Source: an uncultured Actinomycetes bacterium (lineage in GTDB: Bacteria; Actinomycetota; Thermoleophilia; UBA2241). Taken from it: 64,000 nt of DNA. Numbering within the stretch: the stretch's first letter is position 1; each line of letters starts with the position of its first letter. The translations under genes and the position numbers were made by a program. This document shows positions 8,575 to 17,912 of this stretch, one piece after another. The notes under the pieces are model-generated. The model was not told where the DNA came from and made no database searches. It was given only the letters and a program-made list of their open reading frames with translations. The stretch is from the NCBI GenBank assembly GCA_963767005.1, contig CAVYCN010000002.1:192001-256000 (forward strand), given 5' to 3'.

Positions 8575-11055
8575 TCAGTCCTTCTCGCCCGCCGGCCGAC
8601 GTAGGACCGCCGCTGCGTCCTGGTCGCCGGCCGGCCGGTGGGGGGCGGGCAGGGCCTCGAGACGCTGGCGCAACCTCTCGTCGGAGGGGTGCGCCGCGCA
8701 CAGCGTCCGCAGCTCACCGAGCAGCGCGTCGCAACGCTCGCGGTCGCCGCCCCAGGAGGCCTCGCTGAAGCTGTCGAGGAGGGCGATGGTGAGCTGCTCG
8801 TGGAGGGAGGCGTCGGCGGGCGGCACGGCGTCGAGCCGCCGCAGTTCCTTGAGCAGCGCTTCACGATGCACGCGGTCGCCCTCCCAGAGCGCTTCGTTCA
8901 GGCTGCCGGCCAGCGCCTCGCCGAGCTTCTCGCGCAGGGCGACGTCGTCGGGGTGCACGGCGTACAGCGAGCGGAGCGTCTCGAGCAGGGCGGTCCGCTC
9001 CGCGGGGTGTCGCTCGCGACAGGCCTGCCCGACGGCGTCGACCAGCCCGGCGGCCAGGCGGATGCGCACCGCACGGTCGCCCGGGTGCTCGGCGTTCAGC
9101 CTGCGCAGCTGGCCGAGCAGGGTGTCGCGGCAGGTCTCGTCGGCTTCGGCGCAGGCTTCGTCCATGGCGTCGAGGAGCGCGGTCGCAAGCTGGGCGCGCA
9201 CCGCCGCGTCGCCCGGATGCTCGGCACACAGCCGGCGCAGGCTCTCGAGGTGCTCGTCGCGGTGGCGGTGGTCCTCGTGCAGGCAGGCCTGCTCCACGCT
9301 CGCCGCGAGCGCCAGCGCGAGCTGATCGACCACGGCCGGCTCGTGCGGATGCCGGTGGCTCAGGTGTCGCAGCTCCTCGAGCAGAGCGTCGTGGGCCGGG
9401 CGATCGCGCGACATCGACGTCCGGCGCACGCCGTCGGCGAGCGCCCTGGCGAGCTGCCGACGCAGGGCGGGCTCGTCGACGTGTCGTTCCGCCAGTCTGC
9501 GCAGCTCTGCGAGCAACGCCTCGCTCGTCGCCTGGTCGCCTGCCGCGGCGGCGCGGGCCGCGGTGGTCCGCAAGGCCATGCCGACGAGCGCGCCGGCTCC
9601 GCGGTGGTCGCGCAGCGTCGGCCGGCCCCAGCCGCGCAGCGATGCCGGCTCGGGGGAGCCGGCGCGCGACGGGAACAGCGCCGCGGCGCCGATGCAAAGA
9701 CGCAGCGAAGTCCCCCTGAGCGCGAGGCCATCGCGCAGCTCGAGCAGCGCGGCGAGCGCGCTCGCGACCACCGGGGCGTCGGGTTCCCCATCGGCGATGC
9801 GATCGGCCAGGAGGGGCACGAGCCGGCCGGCCTCGTCGCGCGCCACCGCTCGCAGCGTGTGCTCGTCGCCCGAGAGCCAGAGCTCCCGTGCCGCGCGATG
9901 ACGTCCGTCGCCGCCGTACGACGGCACGTCGGCAGCGGCCGCGGGCGCCTCGAGGATGCCGCCCGCCCGCAGTCGCGCCATGACGTCGGGGTCGAGGCCG
10001 TCCGTGAGCGTCTCCGCCAGCACGAGCCACGTGGACCGGTCCGTCAGAGGCGGCAGCAGGGCGAGCGCCGCGAGCAGACCGGCTTCGCGCGGCCATGAGC
10101 GACAGTGATCGAGCAGAAGGTGACGCAGCTCGGGGTAGCGATCGTGGTGGGCGTCGTCGGCGACGCGCTCGAGCTCCTCGGGCGTGCCGGGCTTGAGCGT
10201 GAGCCAGCGTTGCAGCACGGCGGGGCAGCCGTCGAGGAGCTCGAGCGCGTCCCTCTGATCGACGGCCCGCATGGCCGGCACGGTGCCGATCAGAGAGCGC
10301 GTGAGCCGGTGGGCTTCGACAGGGTCGCTCAGGTCCATGCGGCCCAGCTCGTGGACGTCGGCCCGCGGACCGCCGGCCGGCTCCGCGAAGCGACGCCTGG
10401 TCTCGCCGCGCGCCGGGTCGGCCGCGTCGACCGCGACGAACACACGGCAGCCGGGGGCCTCGGCGGGCTGTTCGAGCAGGCCCCTGACGGCCGCGCCGGC
10501 CGCGCCCTCGGGCGCCGCCGTCCAGCCGTCGAGGAACAGCACGACGGGCCGGTCGCCGCTGATCGAAAGAAACGAGACGAGGCCCTGCAGGTCGGCGGCG
10601 GCAAGCAGGGCGGGTTCGAGGCCACGCTCGGCCGGTCGCGGCGACGCGCGCCAGGGGCGCCCGGGCACCTCGAGGAGCGGCGCGGGCAGCACCGCCGCCC
10701 GCGCCGCACCGCTCACGCGCGCCAGCCGGGCGGTCAGGTCGGAGTCGGCGTGCTCGAGCGCTTGGCGGCACTTGGTCTGCGCCATCGCGGCGGCGTAGGC
10801 GTCGGCGAGCGCGCGGGCCGCGAGGTCGGGCCGGTAGGCGTCTGCCTCGGCGTAGCCCACGACGACACCCTCGGCCACCAGGCGATCGCGGGTCTCGAGG
10901 AACAGCCGGGTCTTGCCGCAGCGCGGTCGCCCGACGAGCACGGTGACACCGGGGGCATGAGCCTGGGTGAGGAGCAGGTCGAGGTCGGCCGCGCGGCCGA
11001 AGAACGGTCGCTTGGACGGTCCATCCGTGCCGGGCGAGGTGGAAGCATCCCCCAT
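8575..11055 (-). CDS. STAND/AAA-type P-loop ATPase with C-terminal 44-aa helical repeats
   Basis: FFGR motif, Walker A GRPRCGKT, Walker B VVLFLDG; about 6.5 repeats of LLxELRxL...HPxD..(V/L)RxQLAxAL. Confidence 0.7.
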   Translation of the reverse strand: MGDASTSPGTDGPSKRPFFGRAADLDLLLTQAHAPGVTVLVGRPRCGKTRLFLETRDRLVAEGVVVGYAEADAYRPDLAARALADAYAAAMAQTKCRQALEHADSDLTARLARVSGAARAAVLPAPLLEVPGRPWRASPRPAERGLEPALLAAADLQGLVSFLSISGDRPVVLFLDGWTAAPEGAAGAAVRGLLEQPAEAPGCRVFVAVDAADPARGETRRRFAEPAGGPRADVHELGRMDLSDPVEAHRLTRSLIGTVPAMRAVDQRDALELLDGCPAVLQRWLTLKPGTPEELERVADDAHHDRYPELRHLLLDHCRSWPREAGLLAALALLPPLTDRSTWLVLAETLTDGLDPDVMARLRAGGILEAPAAAADVPSYGGDGRHRAARELWLSGDEHTLRAVARDEAGRLVPLLADRIADGEPDAPVVASALAALLELRDGLALRGTSLRLCIGAAALFPSRAGSPEPASLRGWGRPTLRDHRGAGALVGMALRTTAARAAAAGDQATSEALLAELRRLAERHVDEPALRRQLARALADGVRRTSMSRDRPAHDALLEELRHLSHRHPHEPAVVDQLALALAASVEQACLHEDHRHRDEHLESLRRLCAEHPGDAAVRAQLATALLDAMDEACAEADETCRDTLLGQLRRLNAEHPGDRAVRIRLAAGLVDAVGQACRERHPAERTALLETLRSLYAVHPDDVALREKLGEALAGSLNEALWEGDRVHREALLKELRRLDAVPPADASLHEQLTIALLDSFSEASWGGDRERCDALLGELRTLCAAHPSDERLRQRLEALPAPHRPAGDQDAAAVLRRPAGEKD

Positions 11056-11227
11056 ACCGCTTCGCCTCTTCTCGCGACGCTCGTATCCGTATGCTAGGCC
11101 GAACCGGCGCCGGGTGCCACGGGGGTCGCCGTTGCACGGGGACCGCCGGAAGGTGGTGAGAGCGGCATGTCGCTCGACCAGCGGCCGCTTATCGTCCACT
11201 CGCGGCGACGATGCTAGGCTGCAACAC

Positions 11228-11500
11228 ATGCGCTATCGCTACGTCTACTGCCGCTCGTGCGGCGCGAAGCTCGCCGGTCTCGGCTCTGAGATGGACACCG
11301 GCCGGTGCCTTCATTGCCTCGCCGAGTCCGGGGTCCGGCTGCTGCCGTCCGAGCGGCAGCGCCTCCGTGAGGAGACGGCCGACTGGGACCCGCAGAGAGT
11401 GGTGCGACGCTGCGCGCGCTGCCAGGCGGCGCTGTCGGTCTACAACCTCGAGACGTTTTGCGAGGCCTGTCTGACGAAGCTCCGCGAGGGGGGCATCTGA
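11228..11500 (+). CDS. Small 90-aa protein with four CxxC pairs (double zinc ribbon)
   Basis: CRSC, CLHC, CARC, CEAC; -10-like TAGGCT 7 nt before ATG suggests leaderless mRNA. Confidence 0.65.
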   Translation: MRYRYVYCRSCGAKLAGLGSEMDTGRCLHCLAESGVRLLPSERQRLREETADWDPQRVVRRCARCQAALSVYNLETFCEACLTKLREGGI

Positions 11501-11756
11501 GGCCCAGGCTGCCCGCGTGAGCGTGCAGTGGCGCCCGCACCGGCCCGCGAGCTGCGTGTCTGCCCTCTAGTCTTCAGTGTTTCTTGTGCCCGATCACGCT
11601 GACGGCTCTGCTCGTGAAGGCGGAGCCGGGCCGCGACGCCGGAGTGCGCGACCTAAGATGAGAGGGGCGCGGTGCTCACGGCGTCTGGCGGGGGGGGGGG
11701 GGGGGGGGTCTTCGCTGACCTTGCCCGTTCGACGCGGCGGGGTGGGCTCAGCCGGC

Positions 11757-12305
11757 CTACGCCAGCCGCAGCACGACGACCTCGAGGTCGTCCTGCAGCC
11801 GGCCGGCAAACTCGAGGGCGGCGGCCCGCACGCCCTCGGCGACCTTCTGGGCGGAGCGGCCGCGCAGACCCGAGACGATCTCGGTCAGGCGCTGTTCGCC
11901 GAGCAGCTCGCCGTCGTGTCGGGCTTCGGTGACGCCGTCGGTGTAGAAGACCAGGTAATCATCGACCGTGAGCATCACGTGGCCGCTCGCATAGGGCCGC
12001 ACGAAGGAACCGAGCGGCGGCCCAAAGCGCACGTTGAGGGCGTGGCTGCTGGCCGCGCCCAGATGGACCGGCGCGGGGTGGCCGGCGCTGGCGTAGCCCA
12101 CGTGCCCCGTGCGCGGGTCGATCGCCGCCAGGAACGCGGTCACGTGGGGCTCGTCGGGCTCGAAGCGCAGCAGCAGCTCGTTCGTCTTGCCGAGGACGAA
12201 CGACGGCGCCGGCTCGATCGCGGCGAGGGCCCGTACCGTGCTGCGCACGGTCTCGGTCAGGCCGGCGGGCGCCCACGCGGGGAGCCGGGCGGCGACCCTC
12301 GGCAC
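11757..12305 (-). pseudogene. C-terminal fragment of a SpoIIE/RsbU PP2C phosphatase
   Basis: ASAGHP, YTDGVTEA and DDLEVVVL motifs present; first DVxGxG motif and N-terminus absent; IS lies just upstream. Confidence 0.75.
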
Positions 12306-12342
12306 CGGTCACCCTGACGACGACACCCGCGAGTAGGCGAGC

Positions 12343-13645
12343 TGAACCGCCCCGGGTTCAGTGGAGGCTCGTTTGTTTGAGTCCTTCCTCTTCATCCGTG
12401 GCAGCAGCGTGAGCATAGTACGCTTCCTCGAACTCCGCCGGCGGGACGTAGCCGATCGGCTCAAGCAGGCGCGTGTTGTTGAACCAGTCGACCCATTCGA
12501 GCGTCGCGAACTCGACGTCGTCGAGGCCCTTCCAGGGCCCCTCGTGGCGGATCACCTCGGCCTTGTAGAGGCCGATCACGCTCTCGGCCAGGGCGTTGTC
12601 GTAGGCGTCGCCGCGGCTGCCGACCGAGGTCTCGATGCCGGCCTCTTCGAGACGCTCGGTGTAGCGGATCGAGAGGTACTGGACGCCGCGGTCTGAGTGG
12701 TGGACGAGGCCGTCGCCGGCCCCCTTGCGCTGCCAGAGGGCCATCTCCAGGGCGTCGAGGGCGAGGTCGGTGCGCAGATGGTTGGCCGCCTGCCAGCCGA
12801 CGATGAAGCGGCTGAAGACGTCGAAGACGAACGAGACGTAGACGAAGCCCGACCAGGTGCGGACGTAGGTGAGGTCGGCGACCCAGAGCCGGTTCGGGCG
12901 CGCTGGCGCGTGAAGTCGCGCTCGACCAGGTCGTCGGGACGCGGCGCGGCCTCGTCGGGCTGCGGTGGTGAACACCTTCTTGCCGCGCACCACGCCGCGC
13001 AGGCCCTCCGGCGCGCATGAGGCGCTCGACCGTGCAGCGGGCGACGCTGATGCCTTCGCGCCGCAGCTGCCGCCAGACCTTGCGCGGCGCCGTAGCGCCG
13101 CCGGCTGGCCGTCGTAGGCGCGACGGATCTCGGCCAGCAGCCGCTCGTCACGCAGCGCGCGCGGCGACGGCGGCCGCGCCTTGGCCGCGTAGTAGGTCGA
13201 CGGGGCGATCGGCAGCAGCTCGCAGATCGGCTCGACCCCGTAACTCGTCGCGGTGGTCGTCGATGAAGGCGGTCATCTCTTGCCGTGGCGGTCGAGCTCC
13301 GCCCCGAAGAAAGTCGCCGCCGCCTTGAGGATCTCGTTGGCGCGCCGCAGCTCGCGGTTCTCGCGCTCGAGCGCCTTCATCCGCTCGCGCTCGCTGCGTG
13401 GTCAGGCCCGGCCGCAGGCCCTCGTCGGTCTCAGCCCGGCGCACCCACTTGCGCAGCGTCTCGGGCGTCATGCCGAGCTTGGCCGCGATCGAGCTGATCG
13501 CCGCCCACTGGGAGGCGTACTCGCGCTCGTGCTCGAAGACCAGACGCACGGCCCGCTCCCGGACTTCCTTGGGGTACCTCGTCTGATCTGTCCATGGCTC
13601 CATCCTCTCAAGGGTTGGAGCCTCCAGGAAAGCCGGGGCGGTTCA
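12343..13645 (-). mobile_element. IS3-family (IS6110/IS51-like) insertion sequence, 1303 bp, frameshifted
   Basis: Terminal IRs TGAACCGCCCCGGGTTCAGTGGAGG and TGAACCGCCCCGGCTTTCCTGGAGG; OrfA RYPKEVRERAVRLV; OrfB WVADLTYV, HHSDRGVQY, DNALAES; several frameshifts; no target duplication. Confidence 0.92.
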
Positions 13646-14013
13646 GATTGCCGTTTGTGCCGTCAAGCATCTGTGGCGCTGCCAGCATCCTACCCTGTGG
13701 GCCGGACACAAGAATGGGGCTCAGTTGCGAGCCGATGTCTCGCGACCGGGCGACTGTCTGATATCGACGTCCCGCCAGCGTGGCCACCCGACCGCCCGGC
13801 CACTGTAACGCGGCCAACTCCGCCCCCGTCACGCCCGCCGGCCGTGCCCCGGGTGACGATGGAGTAAGGCGAGGGTGACGTTCCCTGCGCCCTCTGACAA
13901 CGTGTGACGCCCCCCCCGTGAGCCCGCCCGCGTCGATCCGACAGCCCGGGCCGAGACCCACACAGGCAACGGGTTCTGAGCGCTGCCAGCCGCCACGGTG
14001 CAGGGTGAGGGTT

Positions 14014-14336
14014 GGGGGTAGCGCGACGACACACCGGGCATGAGGTCCGGAACCCGGCCCCCCGGTCCATGCCGGGAGCCGTCGCCCGGGTGGGGGTTAG
14101 CGAGCCGGCCCGTGGCGTGGATGGCACGCCGGGCATGAGGGCCGGAACCCGACTCTCACTCTTGCCGGCAGCCGTCGCCCGGGGGGTTAGCGAGCCGCGC
14201 GAAACGCGGCGAGCGGGGCCGACAGGCGCTCACAGGGGAGACAAGCGAGCCGCGCGAAGCGCGGCGAGCGGCCCTGTAGAAGTCGGAGCAATTGACTCTG
14301 TTACGGCAAGGGGACGTTTCCCAGCGCGCTACCCCC
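14014..14336 (+). other. Structured non-coding element (candidate ncRNA or MITE-like)
   Basis: 12-bp perfect terminal IR GGGGGTAGCGCG/CGCGCTACCCCC; internal duplicated ~70-nt units (14034-14107, 14129-14197) and 28-nt hairpin units (14189-14216, 14244-14271). Confidence 0.55.
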
Positions 14337-14655
14337 TATCCCGCCCACCGGTTGACCATCGCCCTCCGGCCCGGATAGCATCGGGGCCGCACTCACCACC
14401 CCCACATGCGACCTTGGAGGCGGCGACGAAACCGGATTTCACCGAGCTCACGCCCGTCCAGGTCGACCAGCCTCCGCCAGCCTGACGCCTGCGCGCGGTC
14501 CCGCCGCGCATCCCTCGCAGCGAGCGCGACGGCGTCGCGTCACCTAGCCGTACCCGAGGGCCCGTCCGGGCCGCTTGCGCCGGACCCAACGGCCGCTTTC
14601 GGCTGCACCTCGCTGCATAGTCCATAGTCAGTGACGCATAAAGCAGGAGGACCAC

Positions 14656-15666
14656 ATGATCAAGGTAGTGGAATGGGGCACCGGTGAGATGGGGCAGGGG
14701 CTCCTCAAGTTCATCCTCGACCGGCCCAAGGACATCGACCTCGTGGGCTGCATCGTCACGAACCCGGCCAAAGAGGGCAAGACCGTCGGCGAGCTGCTCG
14801 GGCGGCCCTGCGACGTGAAGATGACCACCGACTTCGAGAAGGTGCTGGCCACCAAGCCCGACGTCATCTGCATCAACACGCAGTCCAACTTGTATGAGGT
14901 CGAGCCGCAGATCGTGCCGGCCGTCAAGTCGGGTGCCGACGTCATCTGCATCGCCGAGAAGCTGGCCTACCCGTGGGCGAGCGACCCCGAGCGCGCCGAC
15001 ATGCTCGACCGCGTCGCCAAGGAGAACGGCGTCTCGATCCTCGGCACCGGCATCAACCCGGGCTTCATGCTCGACGCGCTGATCGTCATGTGGAGCTCGA
15101 TCTGTATGCGCATCGACAGCATCGAGGCCTCGCGCGTGAACGACCTCTCGCCCTTTGGCCCCACGGTCATGACCGGCCAGGGTGTGGGCACCACGGTCGA
15201 GCAGTTCGAGAAGGGTGTCGCCGACGGCAGCATCGTCGGCCACATCGGCTTCCCCGAGTCGATCATGCTGATCGCCAAGGCGCTCGGCTGGAAGATCGAC
15301 CGCATCGAGGAGACTCGCGAGCCGATCGTCACCAAGGTCGAGCGCTCGACGCCGCACGTGAAGGTGCCGGCGGGCTGGGTCGCCGGCTGCAAGCAGGTCG
15401 GCAAGGGCTACATCGGCGACGAGCTCAAGATCCACCTCATCCACCCGCAGCAGATCCACCCCGAGCTGGCCGACCAGGGCACCGGCGACTACATCACGAT
15501 CAACGGCGACCCGAGCGTGCACATGGCCAACACGCCCGAGGTCCCGGGCGGCAAGGGCACCTACGCAAGCACGGGCAACTACATCCCGCTGATGAAGGCC
15601 GCGCGGCCGGGCATGCTGACCGTGGTCGACATGCCGCTGCCGCGTTTCATGGCGCCGACCGTCTGA
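14656..15666 (+). CDS. ord: 2,4-diaminopentanoate dehydrogenase
   Basis: N-terminal WGTGEMG Rossmann motif, GTGINPGF; heads the ornithine cluster; AGGAGG RBS. Confidence 0.88.
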   Translation: MIKVVEWGTGEMGQGLLKFILDRPKDIDLVGCIVTNPAKEGKTVGELLGRPCDVKMTTDFEKVLATKPDVICINTQSNLYEVEPQIVPAVKSGADVICIAEKLAYPWASDPERADMLDRVAKENGVSILGTGINPGFMLDALIVMWSSICMRIDSIEASRVNDLSPFGPTVMTGQGVGTTVEQFEKGVADGSIVGHIGFPESIMLIAKALGWKIDRIEETREPIVTKVERSTPHVKVPAGWVAGCKQVGKGYIGDELKIHLIHPQQIHPELADQGTGDYITINGDPSVHMANTPEVPGGKGTYASTGNYIPLMKAARPGMLTVVDMPLPRFMAPTV

Positions 15667-15793
15667 GACGGCGCGACGCACGAAGCGGCGCGGCGGGGAG
15701 CGAGGAAGCGGGGCGAACGAACGCTCGCCCCGCTTCCCCGCCCGAGCCGCGCCGCCACCCGATGAGACACGCGACACGAAAGAGAGACACCGC

Positions 15794-16126
15794 ATGACTG
15801 AGACCAGAGCGGCCCGGACGGGCGACTGGATCGAGGTCGAGTGCGTGCTGCTCGAGCCGGTCGACAGGTCGAAGAACCTGCCGCCGGAGACCGCCGAGAA
15901 GCCGCTCAAGATGTGGGTGAAGGGCTTTGCCGAGGGCACCGCCGCGATCGGCGAGCCGGTCACGATCGAGACCATGACCGGCCGCAACGTCGCCGGCACG
16001 CTGTCGGCCGTCAACCCCGGCTACTTCCACACCTTCGGCGAGCCGATCCCCGAGCTCACGCACATCGGCAAGGACCTGCGCGCCCAGCTCGCGGCCTACC
16101 GCGCCTCACAGCAGGGGGGCGCCTGA
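15794..16126 (+). CDS. ortA: 2-amino-4-ketopentanoate thiolase alpha subunit
   Basis: GDWIEV..LEP.DR..NLPPET...PLKMWVKG and YFHTFGEPIPEL motifs; cluster context. Confidence 0.88.
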   Translation: MTETRAARTGDWIEVECVLLEPVDRSKNLPPETAEKPLKMWVKGFAEGTAAIGEPVTIETMTGRNVAGTLSAVNPGYFHTFGEPIPELTHIGKDLRAQLAAYRASQQGGA

Positions 16127-17544
16127 TGGCCACCAAGTTCGACGCCATCATGGCCCGCCGCGGCGAGATCATGCGCCGCGCGCTGGGCATGGACTACAGC
16201 GAGTTCGAGCTCAGCCCCATCGCCTTCGACTACGAGCGCATGATGGGCGCCCACGGCTACAGCCTCGACGACATCGTCGCCATCCAGACGGCGGCCGGCG
16301 TGGGTCACACGCCGCTGCTCGAGCTCAGGAACCTGACCGACGTCGTGCGCTCGACCTGTGAGGCCGGCAAGGGCGCGCGCATCTTCGTCAAGGACGAGGC
16401 CGCCAACCTGGCCGGCGCCTTCAAGGACCGCCGCGCCAGCGTGAGCATCCACGTGGCCCGCGAGAAGGGCTACGAGGGCGTGATCGCGGCGACGTCGGGC
16501 AACTACGGCGCCGCGGTGGCCAGCCAGGCGGCGCGCGCCGGCCTGAAGTGCATCATCGTCCAGGAGTGCTACGACAGCCGCAAGATCGGCCAGCCCGAGA
16601 TCGTCGAGAAGGCCCGCATCTGCGAGGCCTACGGCGCCGAGGTCGTGCAGCTCACCGTCGGCCCCGAGCTCTTCTTCCACATGGTCGAGCTGCTCGACAC
16701 GACCGGCTACTTCGCGGCCTCGCTGTACAGCTCGTTCGGCGTGTCGGGCATCGAGACGCTCGGCCTCGAGATCTCGCAGGAGATGCGCGCCCTGACCGGC
16801 GCCGACCCGACGGCCTGCGTCATCACCCACGCCGGCGGCGGCAACACCACCGGCACGGCCCGTGGCCTCGAGCGCGCCGGCGCGAGCGGCACGCAGGTCG
16901 TGAGCGCCTCGGTCGACCTGTCGGGCCTGCACATGGCAAGCGACGCCGACTTCAACCGCAAGAGCTTCACCACCGGCCACACCGGCTTCGGCGTGCCCTT
17001 CGCCACCTGGCCCGACCGCGCCGACGTGCCGCGCAACGCGGCCCGGCCGCTGCGCTACATCGACCGCTACCTCACGGTCACCCAGGGCGAGGTCTTCTAC
17101 GTGACCGAGGCCTTGGTCAAGCTCGAGGGCCTCGAACGCGGCCCGGCCGGCAACACGGCCATGACCGCCGCCGTCTCGCTCGCCCGCGAGCTGCCCCGCG
17201 AGGCGACCATCGTGGTGCAGGAGACCGAGTACACCGGCGCCGGCAAACACCACTGGGCGCAGCTCAACTTCGCCAAGCAGATGGGCGTCGAGGTGCGCGC
17301 CGGCGACCCGCGCGACAACAAGCCGGGCACGGTGATCGTGATCCCCGAGCGCCTCGAGCAGGTCCAGGCGAGCGACTTCGACGTCGACCGCATGCGCCGT
17401 AGCTACGTGCGCAACGCGGTGAAGGCGGCGCCCGAGGGCTACGTGCCCACGGCCGACGACGTCGCCTTCCTGGCCGCCGACACCAACACGGACCCCGCCG
17501 CCGTCGAGGCGATGCTCGGCGAGCTCGCCGCCAAGGGGGCCTGA
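16126..17544 (+). CDS. ortB: 2-amino-4-ketopentanoate thiolase beta subunit (PLP fold II)
   Basis: AFKDRR, ATSGNYGAAVA, QETEYTGAGKH; TGATG overlap with ortA. Confidence 0.9.
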   Translation: MATKFDAIMARRGEIMRRALGMDYSEFELSPIAFDYERMMGAHGYSLDDIVAIQTAAGVGHTPLLELRNLTDVVRSTCEAGKGARIFVKDEAANLAGAFKDRRASVSIHVAREKGYEGVIAATSGNYGAAVASQAARAGLKCIIVQECYDSRKIGQPEIVEKARICEAYGAEVVQLTVGPELFFHMVELLDTTGYFAASLYSSFGVSGIETLGLEISQEMRALTGADPTACVITHAGGGNTTGTARGLERAGASGTQVVSASVDLSGLHMASDADFNRKSFTTGHTGFGVPFATWPDRADVPRNAARPLRYIDRYLTVTQGEVFYVTEALVKLEGLERGPAGNTAMTAAVSLARELPREATIVVQETEYTGAGKHHWAQLNFAKQMGVEVRAGDPRDNKPGTVIVIPERLEQVQASDFDVDRMRRSYVRNAVKAAPEGYVPTADDVAFLAADTNTDPAAVEAMLGELAAKGA

Positions 17545-17549
17545 GGCTC

Positions 17550-17912
17550 ATGCGCGAGGACACCTATCAGGAGGTACGAGGGCACCTTGCCGAGCTCAGC
17601 GACGAAGAGCTCCACGAGCGCTTCTGGGCGCTCGCCCAGGAGATCGTCGCGCCGCTCGTCGACCTGGCTCGCACCCACACCTCGCCGTCGATCGAGCGCA
17701 GCGTGCTCATGCGCATGGGCCTCGACTCGCCGACCGCCATGGCGGTCGTGGCCGAGTGCGAGAAGCGCGGCCTACTCGGTCACGGCGCCGGCCACGTCGT
17801 GCTGCACTGCGCCACCACCTGGGGCGTCGCGGCGCCCGAGGCCGGTCGCTGGCTGGCCGCCGGCGACGGCTGGGACGTGGTCGACGAGAAGTGGGGGGTG
17901 GGTCATGCCTGA
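17550..17912 (+). CDS. oraS: D-ornithine 4,5-aminomutase S subunit
   Basis: HTSPSIERSVLMRMG..GLLGHGAGH. Confidence 0.9.
   Translation: MREDTYQEVRGHLAELSDEELHERFWALAQEIVAPLVDLARTHTSPSIERSVLMRMGLDSPTAMAVVAECEKRGLLGHGAGHVVLHCATTWGVAAPEAGRWLAAGDGWDVVDEKWGVGHA

Noticed and set aside
13780-13990. CCCGGCCACTGTAA and a later GAGACC resemble parts of a cobalamin riboswitch upstream of a B12 enzyme operon
   Set aside because: The GGGAA and CGGTG.AA.TCCG elements and a proper B12 box are missing.
14034-14271. Repeated units read as a CRISPR array, integron attC sites or retron msr-msd
   Set aside because: Only two copies per unit with no regular spacers, no paired RYYYAAC/GTTRRRY ends, and no cas, integrase or reverse transcriptase gene in the window.
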